A stretch of DNA of 64,000 bases from positions 1,074,730 to 1,138,729 of the forward strand of contig BDGG01000007.1 in NCBI GenBank assembly GCA_001949185.1. The letters run 5' to 3'. A program made the position numbers and the translations under genes. Below are positions 25,608 to 38,667 of the stretch, piece after piece. How positions within the stretch are numbered: the stretch's first letter is position 1; each line of letters begins with the position of its first letter. The notes under the pieces were generated by a model that searched no databases, was not told the origin of the DNA, and saw only the letters and a program-made list of their open reading frames with translations. Origin of the DNA: Ramazzottius varieornatus. Lineage: Eukaryota; Animalia; Tardigrada.

Positions 25608-28600
25608 ATGAGCGATCACCTCGAGGATATCCTTCATGCGCACCACATGGTCAACGGGAGTTTCATGTCCATGCTCAAGGAAAAGAGCATGGGCGTAGTG
25701 GATGCGCGGGCGTTATTGCTGGAAGCGGGTATTAATTGGTCGGTGTTCGAGAATGACACGGAGCTCTTCTCCTTGAGCATGAACGTGGGTTTAAGTGAGC
25801 ACGACCGGTTACCTAGCCTGACGTACCGCGCAGTGGCGACTTTCTGTCATACGCTAATTTTCCTCCTCGGGGTTTCCGGGAATTTCGTTCTCATCCACGT
25901 GGCACGGAAGGTCAAAACGCTCCAAACACCCACTTATTGCTACTTGGTAAGTGCCCAAAGGTTCCTTGATACTATCGTTTTTCGATTTATGGGGCACAGA
26001 CTTTAGTTTTCCGAAAACAATTGAGTGGCGGCAAACGGAAACCCTAAATCTCGAATTTGTTCAAATTTTCAGAAATCGAGTTTTTGTTTTTTGACCACCA
26101 GTCTTTGGCATGGTATGGCCGAATTTTAAAGTTTTCCTGCCAAATTTCCTGTTTATGGCCTTTTGCGGAATTTTCAGGGCCGATGCAGTTTATTTCNNNN
26201 NNNNNNNNNNNNNNNNNNNNNNNNNNNNNNNNNNNNNNNNNNNNNNGCCAAGATAGACGGTTTTCGCATTTTTGTGAGATTTGGGTTTCTGTTTGACGCT
26301 ACCCAATTTTGACTTCTAAAATTGCTGTGATAATGTGTCGACCAATAAGTCCATGATGGTCTGTGTTAGCTAAAGCGGGGAATCTTTCTAGCTAATGATG
26401 ACGAAGTTTCAATAATTTAGGTTAAAGCTCCACGTCAAGCCGACGACTTTTCCGACGTTGACGCCAGCCGATGAGATATTAATAGCGACAGGCGGGAAAA
26501 ACGTGTTGGTGGTAAAGTGCGCATAGCTAAATTTAGAAACGACTGCGAAGGCTCCCCCACATAGTTTTACTTACAGCCAAAAATATTTCCCTGCACTAGA
26601 CGACTGTTTATGTTCTTGGGAGGGATGTGACATTTAGCCGCATGTCTGTGTATACACGTTGTGCGACACGTTATTGAACGGGATCGTCATCCGGTGTAAT
26701 TGTTTGCCTGTAATCTAATTAATGTAGTGCATTTGAAGGTCGAGGCTTTTCAATAAGTACGGTCTTTCTTAATCTCGCCAATAGAGTCCGTCTGGGTGAC
26801 GCCCACTGGAGCGAAAAGATTACATGCAATTACGGAGAATAATTAGATCAGCTCTTTCCATGAGCGAGTATCGTGACAGTTGCTGCCACTAGTTAACGAC
26901 CTCGCAAAAAACCATTCAAAATCTGTGATGCAGAAAACGTTGACAGGTCTACCATTAAGATATGCGTGATGAGCAGTGCCGTTAAGTGGTGAAATTTTAG
27001 CCCATCCCAACTTTAGATGTTCTCCTATCGATCGAGTATATTGCAGTCTCCCGAGGGAGGAGCCGCCCGTAATTGCCTCTGGTGTTTTTAATTAAGGCAA
27101 AGAATAGAGAGACGCGCTGATTATTGTTGTCTGTCCTAGGTCTCCCTGGCATACGCTGATCTCCTGGTGATACTCACTGTGGTGCCGGAGGCCATCATAA
27201 AGAATTACATCGGAAACCGCTGGCTGTTGGGCCACGTCGGATGCTCACTCTTCATCTATCTCAGCTTCCTCGGAATCAACGCCGGAAGCGTCAGGTTGGG
27301 TTACAACTCTGGCATTGTTCCAGTTTCAACGACCTCCATATTTCTCGTAACCTCCCTTTCAATGTTTCTCTTCCTTGCAGTATTTTAGCCTTTACCATCG
27401 AGCGATACATTGCGATATGCCGCCCACTCTTGGCCCGCAAAGTTTGCACCATGGAGCGCACCAGGCGTATCATCCACTTCACATGGCTTTTCACAGCCGT
27501 CTACTGCTCACCTTGGCTCTTTCTCAGCGGAGTTCGGACCGATGAGTTCGACTCTACGAGAGAACACTGCGAACTGCGCTTATCCACCCTCCGCAAAGAA
27601 ACCTACATTGCCGTCTTTGGACCAGACTTGCTCCTCTTCTACTTAACCCCCTTACTGGTGGCCATCGTCGTCTATGCCAGGATAGGGCGTATCCTGTACT
27701 TGAGTCTTCGGGTATGCCGACGTGGCACGTCCATGGAGTTTGATCGGACACCCGCGACCACGCCTTTGGGTGCAACTCATCAACAAGCAGCCTTTTTCAA
27801 CGGGTCGTGTACAGTGCCGGAGAAGGAGGCCAATACTAATGAAACGGGCAGCCTGACGACCACGCCCGCAGCTGTCATGCCCATGACGGCCAGTGCGCGT
27901 CGACAGGCTATCTGGACCATGCGCTCCAGAGTACAGGTAATTTCACATGCCTGGATTTTCAAGACGCAAAAACTTTCTAGTCCCACGCTGATATACGCAA
28001 TTATCGGAATTAATTGGTCAAGCAGAGCCAATCGAAATTCAGGCAGGGCTTGTTAGGTAAAGATTGGCAAAAATAACTCAAGGATTTTGTCCACGGATAT
28101 CTCACTGGCTTCATGTCTTACAGGTTCTTCGAATGCTGATAGTTATTGTGACGCTATTCGCCATTGCTTGGTTGCCTTACCGCGGCCTTCTGGTCTACAA
28201 CACATTCGTGGAGACACCGTGGTTAGATATCTGGTATCTGTTTTTCGCCAAGACTTTGATCTACCTCAATTCCGCCATGAATCCATTCCTGTACAACGCC
28301 ATGAGCCGACGGTTTCGGGTGGCCGTTCGACAAACCCTCGTGCCTAAAGGTAATTCCAGCCTAAAGGTAATTCCGGGTGTAATTACTACTGACTTCATCT
28401 CGTCTACTTACAGCCTTTCGACAAGCCCAGCTAAAAAAGAAACAACAAATCAAGTCTTTCATGCGCTTTGAACTCATCCAAGTTCAACGTCCGCTGTTAC
28501 CTGTCTGTGCCCAACAGAAGGATCGTTCAACCGAAGAGGCTCCAATTGCAAAGTCTGAGTCGAAGTCACCAGAGCCATCATCAGAAGAACGCCCAAATGA

Positions 28601-28700
28601 CCATAAGCCAATATTACACCGAGAAATGGGTCTATTCGTAGCTCATTATGTACCGTACGTTCTATCGGATCATCCGCCGACGGCTTTGGAAAATCCCTGA
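25608..28700 (+). CDS. TRHR: Thyrotropin-releasing hormone receptor-like class A GPCR (protostome TRH/EFLamide receptor type), ~520 aa, 5 exons
   Basis: Exons 25608-25946, 27140-27294, 27381-27936, 28124-28349, 28414-28700 join in frame at GT-AG sites. TPTYCYLVSLAYADL, LGINAGSVSILAFTIERYIAIC, AWLPYR and YLNSAMNPFLYN closely follow TRHR motifs. Confidence 0.9.
26023..26304. mobile_element. Non-autonomous TIR element spanning the gap in GPCR intron 1 (Sola-like termini)
   Basis: ~30-bp imperfect TIRs G(A/G)GT(G/A)GCG(G/T)CAAAC(G/A)GAAACCC; 4-bp AATT on both flanks. Confidence 0.6.
26197..26246. other. Assembly gap (50 N)
   Basis: N run inside a repeat in GPCR intron 1. Confidence 1.
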
Positions 28701-28964
28701 TTTTCACGGTCCATTTTTCCAGCACTACATTTGTCCTGATTAGGTTCACTGAACACCTCTTTCTCAATCTTAACATTCAGTTTCACCGCACGAATCCCAG
28801 CAGAACCCTATTAAAAATTTGAATATACATCGATCCAGTCCATTTTCATCTTTTTCCATTCTGCCGAGTGAAGAAGCAAGATTCTTGTTTCTTATACAGT
28901 AGTCGAGATGTCATAAAAATTGTAGCAGTAAGACTTTGAAACAGAAAAATCGTCTGTTGCGTTT

Positions 28965-31900
28965 TCAAGTGAAACGGACGAAGGGTATATCACGGCGGAA
29001 TGCAGCACCTGGTGCGTCATTTGAGCGGTACATCAAGACCATACATGCAGCGGTCAGCACGACACCTACCACCAGCATGCCGATAGCGATACCAGCCATA
29101 TCGGAGATGGTGTAGCCGCCTCTATCTTTCTTGTCGTTAGCCGCAGCTTGTGCCGCTATCAAGGCCGCTGACTGCTTCAGCGAGGTTAGAGTCAGTGAGT
29201 TATCCTTCTTTTGAGCGCCCACGGTCTTTGGGTTCACCGACGTTCCATCCAAGTACACAGTCCCTGGAAAAGAAAGATTGCTGACGTGGTCAAATCGAAG
29301 GTCGTTCCGTCTTTAGACTCACGAGTATATAATGTGCAGTTTTCGTTATCTTTAACCTTCTTGACAGAGGTAGTGTTGGCCACAACGCCAATGTAGGAGG
29401 ATGAGATGCGACATCGGACGGTACTATCCCCTTGACGGATCAAATCTGACAGGGAGGCAAGGCTAGCATCCTCATCGAGTGTGACACCGGTCAGTTCTTC
29501 ACAGACATCAAAGGCCAAACAGCCGTCGTCACCCAGCTTATCAATGCATTCTTTGGCGCATTGCCACCTCTCCAGAGCCGGCTCGATCTCTGCGATAGTC
29601 ACGTCTGCTTGAATAAGCTCATCCAGCTCATATCCGGGAGACGCTTCGAAATCCTGCACGTAATTTCCTGCAATATTCACAATTAGCTTCTCCATGGCCA
29701 ACTCGACCTTTTCTTTTATGCGAAAACATTTTCGATAACTTCCTAATTTTATCAGATGAAGAGACTCGAGATTATACCAGAAAGACAGGATTTCATTAAA
29801 ATTTAAAAAGTTTCTTGTTATCTGCTTACGGCTCAAGTGCCAGCAGCCAGGTTTGTGCGTGCGCGGCTCTTGAAGGACATCGAAGGCGTGGTGACGGTAG
29901 AGCTGACATTCGTGCTGTCCTTTGGAAGGTCCTACCCGATTTCCGAATAGCGGACTGATACCGCTGCTGCTGCAGTACGAGAACGACTCGCAGGAGAAGT
30001 TACCGAATAAGCACTGCTTTGCGCACGTGTCTTCACTGGAAACGCTGGTGAGGACTTTGTCGGGCGCGGCTTGGGGGACCAGAAGACTGGCCAAGGTGAA
30101 CATCCCCTTCCACGAACCTGTGTCAGAATATTTCAGTAGAACCTGTGTCAGTAGAAAACGGACAATAGAGAAGTTGCACTTTGCCCAAATGGCTTGTATG
30201 AAGGATAGTTTGGACAAAACGATTGAATTTAGGAATGTTTAAAAATTCAAGATTAGCAATTCGCTTCGCGACTGACGAAACGAAGGGGTCTTTGTTCGTG
30301 AATCCCGAAGGAGATCTGAAATTTTCCCGAATTGCCTTCGGTATTATTCCGGCTGGCAATAAGCACTGGGAAGCGTAATCGGTGTCCAAGCAAGGCAGGG
30401 CCTCCACTCCGGACAATCAGACAATCAAACTGCGTTTTGGCCAGCACTTTTTAACTTGGTGGGCTGATTACTACCAAGTTAATTACCATGGCCATTGGCC
30501 AGCCTCAGTCGTTCGCTCTATCTTTTACCTCAAACTGCCACGCGTTTTGCAAAACCTCTCAAAGGTTCCAGCGATTCCTTTTATAAACTATAATTTTCAA
30601 AATTGATTAGTGTTCGTTTGTTTGATTTCTCTGGGTAAAGTGCAACCTCTCTAATGGGAAGTGGTTACTATAAAGTCGTCGATCATGGTATCAAAGTTTC
30701 CATATTCAAATTTAGCGCGGTGGCTTTCTTGAGGCTCATACTGGTTCGATGCTTCTTATCATTGAAGCAACTGGGACTTACGTGTCCACACGGCGCAGTG
30801 GGTATGTGAGCCTAGGTTTGCCATGCCGTTTGTATCGTTGGTCAGTTCGTCGCCATGAAGGTCGGAGATGATGCAGTCGCCGTAGACGCATGAAGCGACG
30901 GACTGGCAGGTGAAACGTTTCTCGTCCAGGCAGTGGCGCCGGCATTCAGAGGGGGAGAGTTTACTCAACTGGTCGCGAACTCCCGGCCCGATGATCTTTG
31001 TTTGGCCGCGGTACAGCTCGAAAGAGCTGCGCGAGTCAGACAACGTCGACGCTGAAAGAGAAGGAACGAGTAAGTACGACAGCTGACAACGACGGATGTT
31101 TGCATGCGACTTACGGTTCGAAGAATCCTCGTTGAGGGAAACGTCAGTTCGCATGTCTTCCGCCTGTAATTGGACAGTGATGTTGTTGTATTCCACTGAC
31201 ACCTTGAAGTTGGTTTCTTGCACTTCCAGAAGAATTTTGAAGAGAGACTCCAGAACCGGACCGTCGTACGTTCCCGAATTGATGATCTCTGAATCAAGAA
31301 ACAGGATATTACGGTCTGTAATACTAATCAATTAAAAATACCGCGGTAGAAATATTACTTTATGACTGTTTTGCATTAGGAAATGGTCACCGCCAAGAAT
31401 GGTCAATTCTTTAAGTTCACCTTATTTCAACCACTTACTTTGGTACACATCGCAAGTGTACTGCAGGTCCGCCCGAGTGCCGTTGGTGCCACCTCCCGCA
31501 TTCAAGACTATCGGTAGAGTGCCATTCGGCCTCACAGCTGGTCCCAAGTCTTCTCCATATCGGATGACGCAGCGCTTGAGGAAACTACTAGGGTTGTCAT
31601 CTCGTGTACACCAGGCAATTTTGCTGCAGCCCGTGCTTTGCATACACGACCTGGCACACGTAGCAAACTGGTCCGTGTTCATCTCCATGGGTCCCAGCAG
31701 GTTAGCTTTGCGCTTTATACCATCCTGTGTCTTGGTAAAATGCAGCTGAGGCGGGGGTCGCGGAAGAACGGTTGCCGTAACGTACATGCTTTGGTTGTCC
31801 TGAGAGGGGAACACACCAACTACCCGCAATGGACTCAGCTCGCCCACCTGTCAAAAAGCACATAACCGAGTTGAAAGGAGATTACCATACAAACGCAAAC

Positions 31901-33252
31901 GTGGAAAAAAAGGTACGAAGTGGTCATTCAATATCGCACTCTGCAGGCCGTACAATTAATATTTCTGTAGTTTTACCGATTTACTATCAGGTGAAACGTA
32001 TCGGCGACCGATTTTTCGTTACCTGCATAATTTTTTTCAAGACACTGCGACGGAACTGTGGGATGAAGTGTTCAGGTCGCATGCCGCTGAAGTTTCCGGG
32101 GAAGCGGAACTGAATGCTTTCGCGGGCTTCGATCTTGCCTTTAGGGATACATTGGGAGATACTGAAGTCATATAACGTAGGTACTGGTGGTACGGTGAAG
32201 TCGAAGAAATTGAAGATGACTCGAGGTGACTGGGCGCCGAAGATACCACCGGGACGTCCGAACTCCATCAGGTAGACGACACGCTGTACAGGAATCATGT
32301 GAGGCACTTCGCCGACCAGCGTTCTGGTGAAGTCTCTGCTCATAAAGTAGAGTCGGTGGCGGGTTTTGGCGATACCGTAGCCCGGAATGTAAAAGTCGTC
32401 GTCGAAGACTGTCCAGACGTCACATGGAATGCCTCGAACTGTCTCCTGGAATATAGGTATTGGTAGGTCACTCAACATTATCGGAGAAAAAGGCGCGGAA
32501 ACGAACTCGGCCATGAACGCCAAGCTTGAAAATGTTCTTGAACTGAATTCTCATTATATTTTTCTGTCAACACATGAAATTCGCATTTTGAGAAAGGGAA
32601 AAATTTTTATGGGTGGCGAAACAGTCCTTTGTTCGTTACAGTTGGTTACTTTGATTGTCATGTTGTGGACGCGATCCTTCTCGTTCATGTAGAAGAGCTG
32701 TTTGGGATGCAGGGAGCGAAGAAGTCCGCCCATGGTCACATTGCCCACTCCGAACAGCCGGCGATATCGCGAAGAGATTCCGGTCATGTTAGCCTCAGTC
32801 AGCAGATAGTTCAGCGGGTGCATTGTACAGTTGGGCATGACTCCGTCCATGTTGAAACTTATACCTAAACAAAAACAATCACGGCATGGAGTAACAGCCA
32901 TAAGAATATCAGTCAAAACTTAACTGAAGGGTGCTTCGCACTTCCTACCGTTATTGTAGTCGTGGATGGTCTTCATGGGTCGCGACGTGTTGAACGGAGC
33001 CATTATCCGGCCCAGCGCGTAGTCATACCGAGCAAGATTCAGCTCCTCGTCCCAGACCACCACAAATTCCTCGACAAACTTCTCCTCAGGTAGAACCATC
33101 TCGACTTTAACGGTTAACTGTCGCGGCACTGGCGGAAAACTGGCTGGATCAATCTGAGTTGGGATACCCGTCTGGGCCCAGACAGGCATATCATGCACTA
33201 ACAGAAAGGCCAAAACAGGAAGTACAGATAACAATAATGTAATTCGGTCCAT
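28965..33252 (-). CDS. Multi-exon type I membrane protein: signal peptide, LolA/ependymin-like domain, several PAN/Apple domains, TM helix
   Basis: Signal MDRITLLLSVLPVLAFLLV; KTIHDYNNG and ETVRGIPCDVW motifs; PAN patterns CARSC..C, ECRRHCLDEKRFTCQSV, TCAKQC..FSCESFSYC, QCAKEC; TM MAGIAIGMLVVGVVLTAACMVL; splice signals between ORFs. Confidence 0.8.
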
Positions 33253-33883
33253 TTTTCAGCTTAGGCTGAAGATACTCCGAGTCTAGTAGCCTCAGTATCG
33301 GCCACAGCGTGATAAAATCGTTGGATAAAAATGAGGAATAAGATTGGTCAAAATCGATGCATGGGAGCAATAACGAAAGAAAGATACTGCTGAAAACATA
33401 TAACGCGAAAAACTCTAAGGTGTGGGAACGGTGTTACTGAAAAGAAACGCCGAAGTAATAAAGTGTGAAGTAGTTGAGCGTTCACGGACCAGGACTACAA
33501 GATTGTCTTTGGGGTACAGTATGTGAGATATTCCAGGAAGCGCAGCATACGCTAGTGGTCTTATCTGTCGATGGCCACCAATGCCACCGGAACAAAGTCC
33601 AGCTACACGACTTGCGAGATTCTCATCGGCAATCTGACTATAAACAGTTCGGCCAACTTTTTTGGGTAAAATGCTCGACGAGTGGCCGATATGAGGACAA
33701 TACTGCGAACCGCCAAATCAAGCGAAGTAAAGCAGGCACAAACCGACGACAACATCAGGCGAAGAAGGTACGATAAAAATATACAGTATGAGAAAAAGGA
33801 GACAAACATTACAGCAGCATAAAACGATCAAAAGAATAAAAGGAGGGATTCAAGAGACGAGATATATCAAGAGAATCTCGTGG

Positions 33884-35215
33884 TCAGCCGTAAAATAGAC
33901 TGAATGTGTAGTTCCACCAGTCAACGAAAGATGTACCACAGCTGGTCCAGAAGGCATCGTAAGGTTTCCTTCTGTTGGTCGAATCCTTCTGATAGAGCGG
34001 AGTTCGATAACCGTTTTGGTTTACAGGTGGCTGTTCTTTGGGTTGTAGACCCAAGAACTCTGCGAAGGGCGGACTGAACTGGATTAGGGCGTAAAGAATG
34101 GTGGCGCCCAGAAGAGTACCCAGCCAGAACGGGAGACTGGAACCTTCGGCTCTATTAATCAACAGGAACATAATGCAGTCGAACCGCAAATTAAATCAGC
34201 TGGATCGTCGCTCGAAGTCGCGCATATTTTCACTGTTATTGGCCGAGAGTGTGCGCCACGTGCAAAAACGATGATGTCCTTATCTTTTGCCAACTTACGA
34301 AAGAACTATCGAATTAGCAGTACTTACGTGGATAGTCTGGAGCTCCACGACGACCCGGAAGACGTTTGCGAAGGCCGTCTGAACTCGCCCGACGACATGC
34401 GGTCACCTCCGCCCCGATCTCTGATTGTCTCATACGAGCTGCCGGTGTCTGAGCTGGACCACGTTCTGTCTGTCCCGCTGGAATTGCTGCCGCTGCCATA
34501 CGATGTAGCCAGTGAGGGCCCGCTGGACCCACTTGAGGAAGTACTACCAGAAACGATGGTTTGACTACAGGAATCGGTGAGGTGAGTACTAGTACGAGAG
34601 GGTGTGAAACCCGAAGATTCCAATGATGGGGTCGTCCGTATCCGCCGCTCTCTCCGCATCACGTTCTCCAGCTGCTCCTTGGCGTAATCAAACTGCGCAG
34701 ACAAGTCGATGGATTAGTACAAGAATAAATTTCATCGAATACTGTCGACTAAAAGTTCAATTGTTCAAGGTGCGAAGGTCACGGCTGAAGTTAACGAGGG
34801 GAGTAAAAACAATGGTTTCCGATCTTGCCTGTAAGTTGAGGTAGCAGTCAATTTGCTGGAGATTATTTTGGAAAGCACGATGAATAAGATCAGGTGATGC
34901 GTTATCTGGTTGAATATTGTCCCACACGTATTCCGATAGATATTTGAAGCGGTCATCGATGTCACGCAGTAAGCGATCACAACAGTTGCCGAGCATAAAC
35001 TCGTACTCTTGCCAATCCCTAAATCATACATAGTATAAAGGACAAGGACAAAATTTAGCAACCAGTAAACAGATCAGATGCCGAACCAACCGTGGATGAT
35101 CCTTGGGCCGGTCAAATTCCGTCCTGCGTGAAAGATCAAAGTCGCGTACAAAGTAACCGCTGGCATCCTCATAGACATCATTTCCAGATCTGTCCCCATA
35201 ACCACTTCGCGACAT
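33884..35215 (-). CDS. Uncharacterised spliced protein with helical N-terminal part, Ser/Gly-rich region and C-terminal membrane segment
   Basis: Consecutive same-strand ORFs (35024-35215, 34757-34996, 34324-34704, 33884-34189) separated by intron-like signals; hydrophobic LPFWLGTLLGATILYALIQF. Exon structure not resolved. Confidence 0.5.
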
Positions 35216-35455
35216 TGAGTTCCCAAATCACGTTTCTTTCATACGGCTCATTTGATGATCGATTTCATCGTACTGCTTTCGCACTAGACCGATCGTGCCT
35301 TAAACAGGACATATTCGCCTCTTGAGAATCCCCGAAGCTGGCATCAGCATCTCTAATGTTGTCAAGGGAATTGGTTTCGGCTAAGAACTGCGTCACTTCG
35401 GGAGAATCGCATGTTCAAATCATTTGCTCACGTGGTTGCCACTTCCCGGTTCAGT

Positions 35456-36869
35456 TTACAGCATAGCCCACAAAGAGTCGTCTACACTATAGACACCATT
35501 CCGATCCACCTCTCCACCTCGCAGAAGAGCTATCAAAGTGCAAATATTCGACACATACGTGCAAACCACGGAATCAGCCAAAGCCGCCAGAAACATCGAA
35601 ACCACCATTTCCGTCGCCGCTTCTTCTCGTATCCATAATGGCAGACTGTTAAATTTGTGCTGATCGTGTTCTCGGTCCAACACTGAAGATCTTGACCAGC
35701 TGTCGTTCACCTGCTTCATTCCTTCGGAATAGTCCAGTATTCTGAACCGTCCTCCAGCTTTCGTCCTGAACTCGTCGCATGTAATCTTTCCATCGCACAT
35801 TAGGAAAACTGTTCTTGGACACTGAGAAACCTCTCTGCATATCTGCAGCAATTTCGAAAGGTACGTTCCAGCTGATGCGAGCGCTAGAAACTCGTTTATT
35901 TTATCGCCTTTCCGAATATGAACGACTGCGTACATTCCGTGTGACTTGGTCAATTGTTCCCACATGATCCGTATCAGCGTAAGAATCCTCTTGCCAGGCT
36001 GTAGGAAAGCTCGTGCAACTACTGACTTTTTGCCGAAATATTCCTCGATGGAGATATTGTTCGGTAATGTACGAATGGCTCTCCAGTGAGCTCTGTTGTT
36101 CCTCCCGCTGTTTATGTCGAGTAGGGCGTGGTGACCCTTCATCGACACCGAGGCTTCTTCTAGTGATACCTGCACGTTGTACTTTGCGGCAGTTTCAGTG
36201 GAAGGTTTGACTATTGCACAGGGAGAATGAGCTGCGAAATCTTTAAACGTCTTCTCAAAGTTCCCGTAATTCCATTCATGTGCAGTCAGATAGAAACGCC
36301 GTCGTGGTTGAATTAACGTGCATAATGTGAATACTGCCAGGGCAGTGTTCAGCGCACTGGTCATTCCGCGGGTAATAATACTGCTTTTGTATATGTTTCG
36401 ACGAGGACCGCCACCGATACCGACAGTGTAGGAGTTCGTATACTTGTTGCAGCTGCTTAGATAATCCTGCCGAAAATGGCGCACCTGCAAATATCAGTCT
36501 TATTAGCGTGGAGTCTTGGACAGTAGCGGAAATTTCTGAGGCGACGGATCCGCTTTGTCACACTTGGCTACAGTGCTTTGTTGTGCAGAACTAGGAATCT
36601 TTGCAGTAATGGCGCAGTCGACTTACGCTGGATGTTTCGATAGTTTGCCTCCATTTTTCGGCGAACCTAGGTTTTGTTCGAGAAGCTTGGACAGGCCAAT
36701 CCTTGACTCCATGAGACAACCGAAAGATGGTTTTAGCAATGCGGGGCTTCAAGTCAAGTCTGCCGCTCGGTTGGTCAAAGGGCGCAATGTGGGCAATGTT
36801 CGGAGTACTAATTATTCCGAGAACCACGAAAAGTCCAAAGATTGATGTGAGAACCTCGACGAAAACCAT
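35456..36869 (-). CDS. GT23-type (alpha-1,6-fucosyltransferase/NodZ-like) glycosyltransferase, type II membrane, ~423 aa
   Basis: Exons 36869-36627 and 36484-35456 join in phase 0. N-terminal anchor; GDP-fucose motif VVHIRKGDK; VFLMCD; ADSVVCTYVSNICTL (FUT8 motif III-like). Confidence 0.75.
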
Positions 36870-37261
36870 TAGGTGCGAGTAGACAGAACGCGATACTTGA
36901 AATTCCAGCGGGTAGGCAAAAATTGTTACAGCTCACCTAGTTGTGCTGTCGGTGTAGAATGCTGTATAATTTTGACAATCAAGATCGACGCTTCTTTCTG
37001 TTTTTCTCTCATCTCACTTTGATCTGCATCAGTGTATGGCGTCATGTTCCACCCGAACAGTTGCACTACTGATATTATAAATTCAGATCGGGCATTAGGG
37101 CGCATCTCGAAAGAAAAAGTGTATCAGAGCTCTCTGTCTTATTACAGTGGCCTGCTGTGTGCACGAGCGTAGGTGTGACTCTGACTGTGAAACATGTGGC
37201 GGAACGATCACACAGAGCGCCAAGTTATTCCGCTGGCTCCTGAGATGGCAGCATCGTGATA

Positions 37262-37426
37262 CAGTGCACGACAAAATTAACCGTTAAAAATGGTCGTAAC
37301 ACTCCAGCTGAGCTTACTTACGACTCAGCCAATGAGAACTAGGTTTCGCTCCATGCGCAAATCTCATTGGCTTTAACTATCTGGCTCCATACACCCATTT
37401 TTGACGGTTTATTTTGTCGTACACTG
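37262..37426. mobile_element. Tc1/mariner-type MITE (165 bp)
   Basis: TIR CAGTG(C/T)ACGACAAAAT(T/A)AACCGT(T/C)AAAAATGG; TA TSD. Confidence 0.88.
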
Positions 37427-37443
37427 TAAGCGTGAAGTGTAGT

Positions 37444-38019
37444 TAAGGTTGTAAATTCCTAATTCCATTCCGTTCCATTCCTGGAATTCCGTTCCGTTCC
37501 AAGGGGTAGCTGTTTGGAACGGTGGAATTCCTATTTGGAAGACTAGCAAAAGTCGGATAAAATTCACGAATTCCACGAGGTAAACAGTCGAAGACCCAGC
37601 AGATCCTGTCGAAAAACTGAACCCAATGCTGGCTCACACATGCCTACCACTGAGGCTAATTGGTCGTTCAGTTGAACGACCAATAGCATTTTCGATCCGT
37701 CGCACTAAAGAATGCGGCGCATTCAACTGTGCGTAAGTCCTTGATTTTCCCTTGAAAACTCAAGTCCGACAAGACCAAAAGTTCGGATCGGCCAATCTCC
37801 AGCTGGCTTTCAGTCTCAAAACCTATATTTTCTGATGACTTCAGTTCATGTTTACTATTTTAGATGGGTATGTGAAAAGAACTAAACTGGCAAATGGGAG
37901 TCTGGAATTTTAGATTTTTGCGACGACCTTCTGGAGAAGGAAAAAGGAATATAGGAATATTAAGAATTCCTTTCCTATTTTCCATTCCAATGGCATTGGG
38001 CCTGGAATTTACAACCTTA
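37444..38019. mobile_element. Non-autonomous hAT element (576 bp)
   Basis: TIR TAAGGTTGTAAATTCC; 8-bp TSD AGTGTAGT (37436-37443, 38020-38027); subterminal ATTCC/GGAAT repeats. Confidence 0.9.
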
Positions 38020-38667
38020 AGTGTAGTACTAGCTAGGGTTAATACAGTACAGTCGCTCGAAATGTGTACAAAATTTCTCAAATTCTAATCACGAAATCAT
38101 CCAAAGTTAACAATACTGCTCAACATACCCACACAGACAGAAACGTGCGACTTGATTACTTGATTAAGCCAGTCAAGGCACGGTATGCAGTACGTGTGAG
38201 GTAATTTTCATCTTTAGCTTGGCATGCATTTTGGTGTATGTTTAGCAGGCCTTGAACTGAAACCGAAAACTGTTATACAAGTTTCGAGCGACCGGACTCA
38301 CTGGCCCCGAAATGGACATGGACTGCTTAACAGTCAGAGCCGTTCTCCTGCGGTCTACCATCTTCTTGTCGAATGACGCCCGTGGCGCGTTTTATCTTGT
38401 CCGATTCTATGAGGTAGGTCCCAATGGCCTTTCATGAACGCCACATCTGGCGTTCATAAAGCTCATAAAGCTTTTCTGCACGACGAACTTTTTTACGCAC
38501 GAAGGCGCACTGCGGATACTACTTTTTGATACCATTTTCATGTATTCAGAAAGCTAGGCAAAATGTCCAGGACAGCCACCCTCTGCTCAGGTTCGCTCCC
38601 ATACGAAAGTAAATACTGAAGAAATCTTAATTTCTAGTGCTTATCGCTAGCTGTTGAAGAAGATAAG

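Noticed and set aside
37443-38020. Kolobok/piggyBac call from TTAA at both ends
   Set aside because: An exact 8-bp TSD (AGTGTAGT) outside the TAAGG termini better supports hAT.
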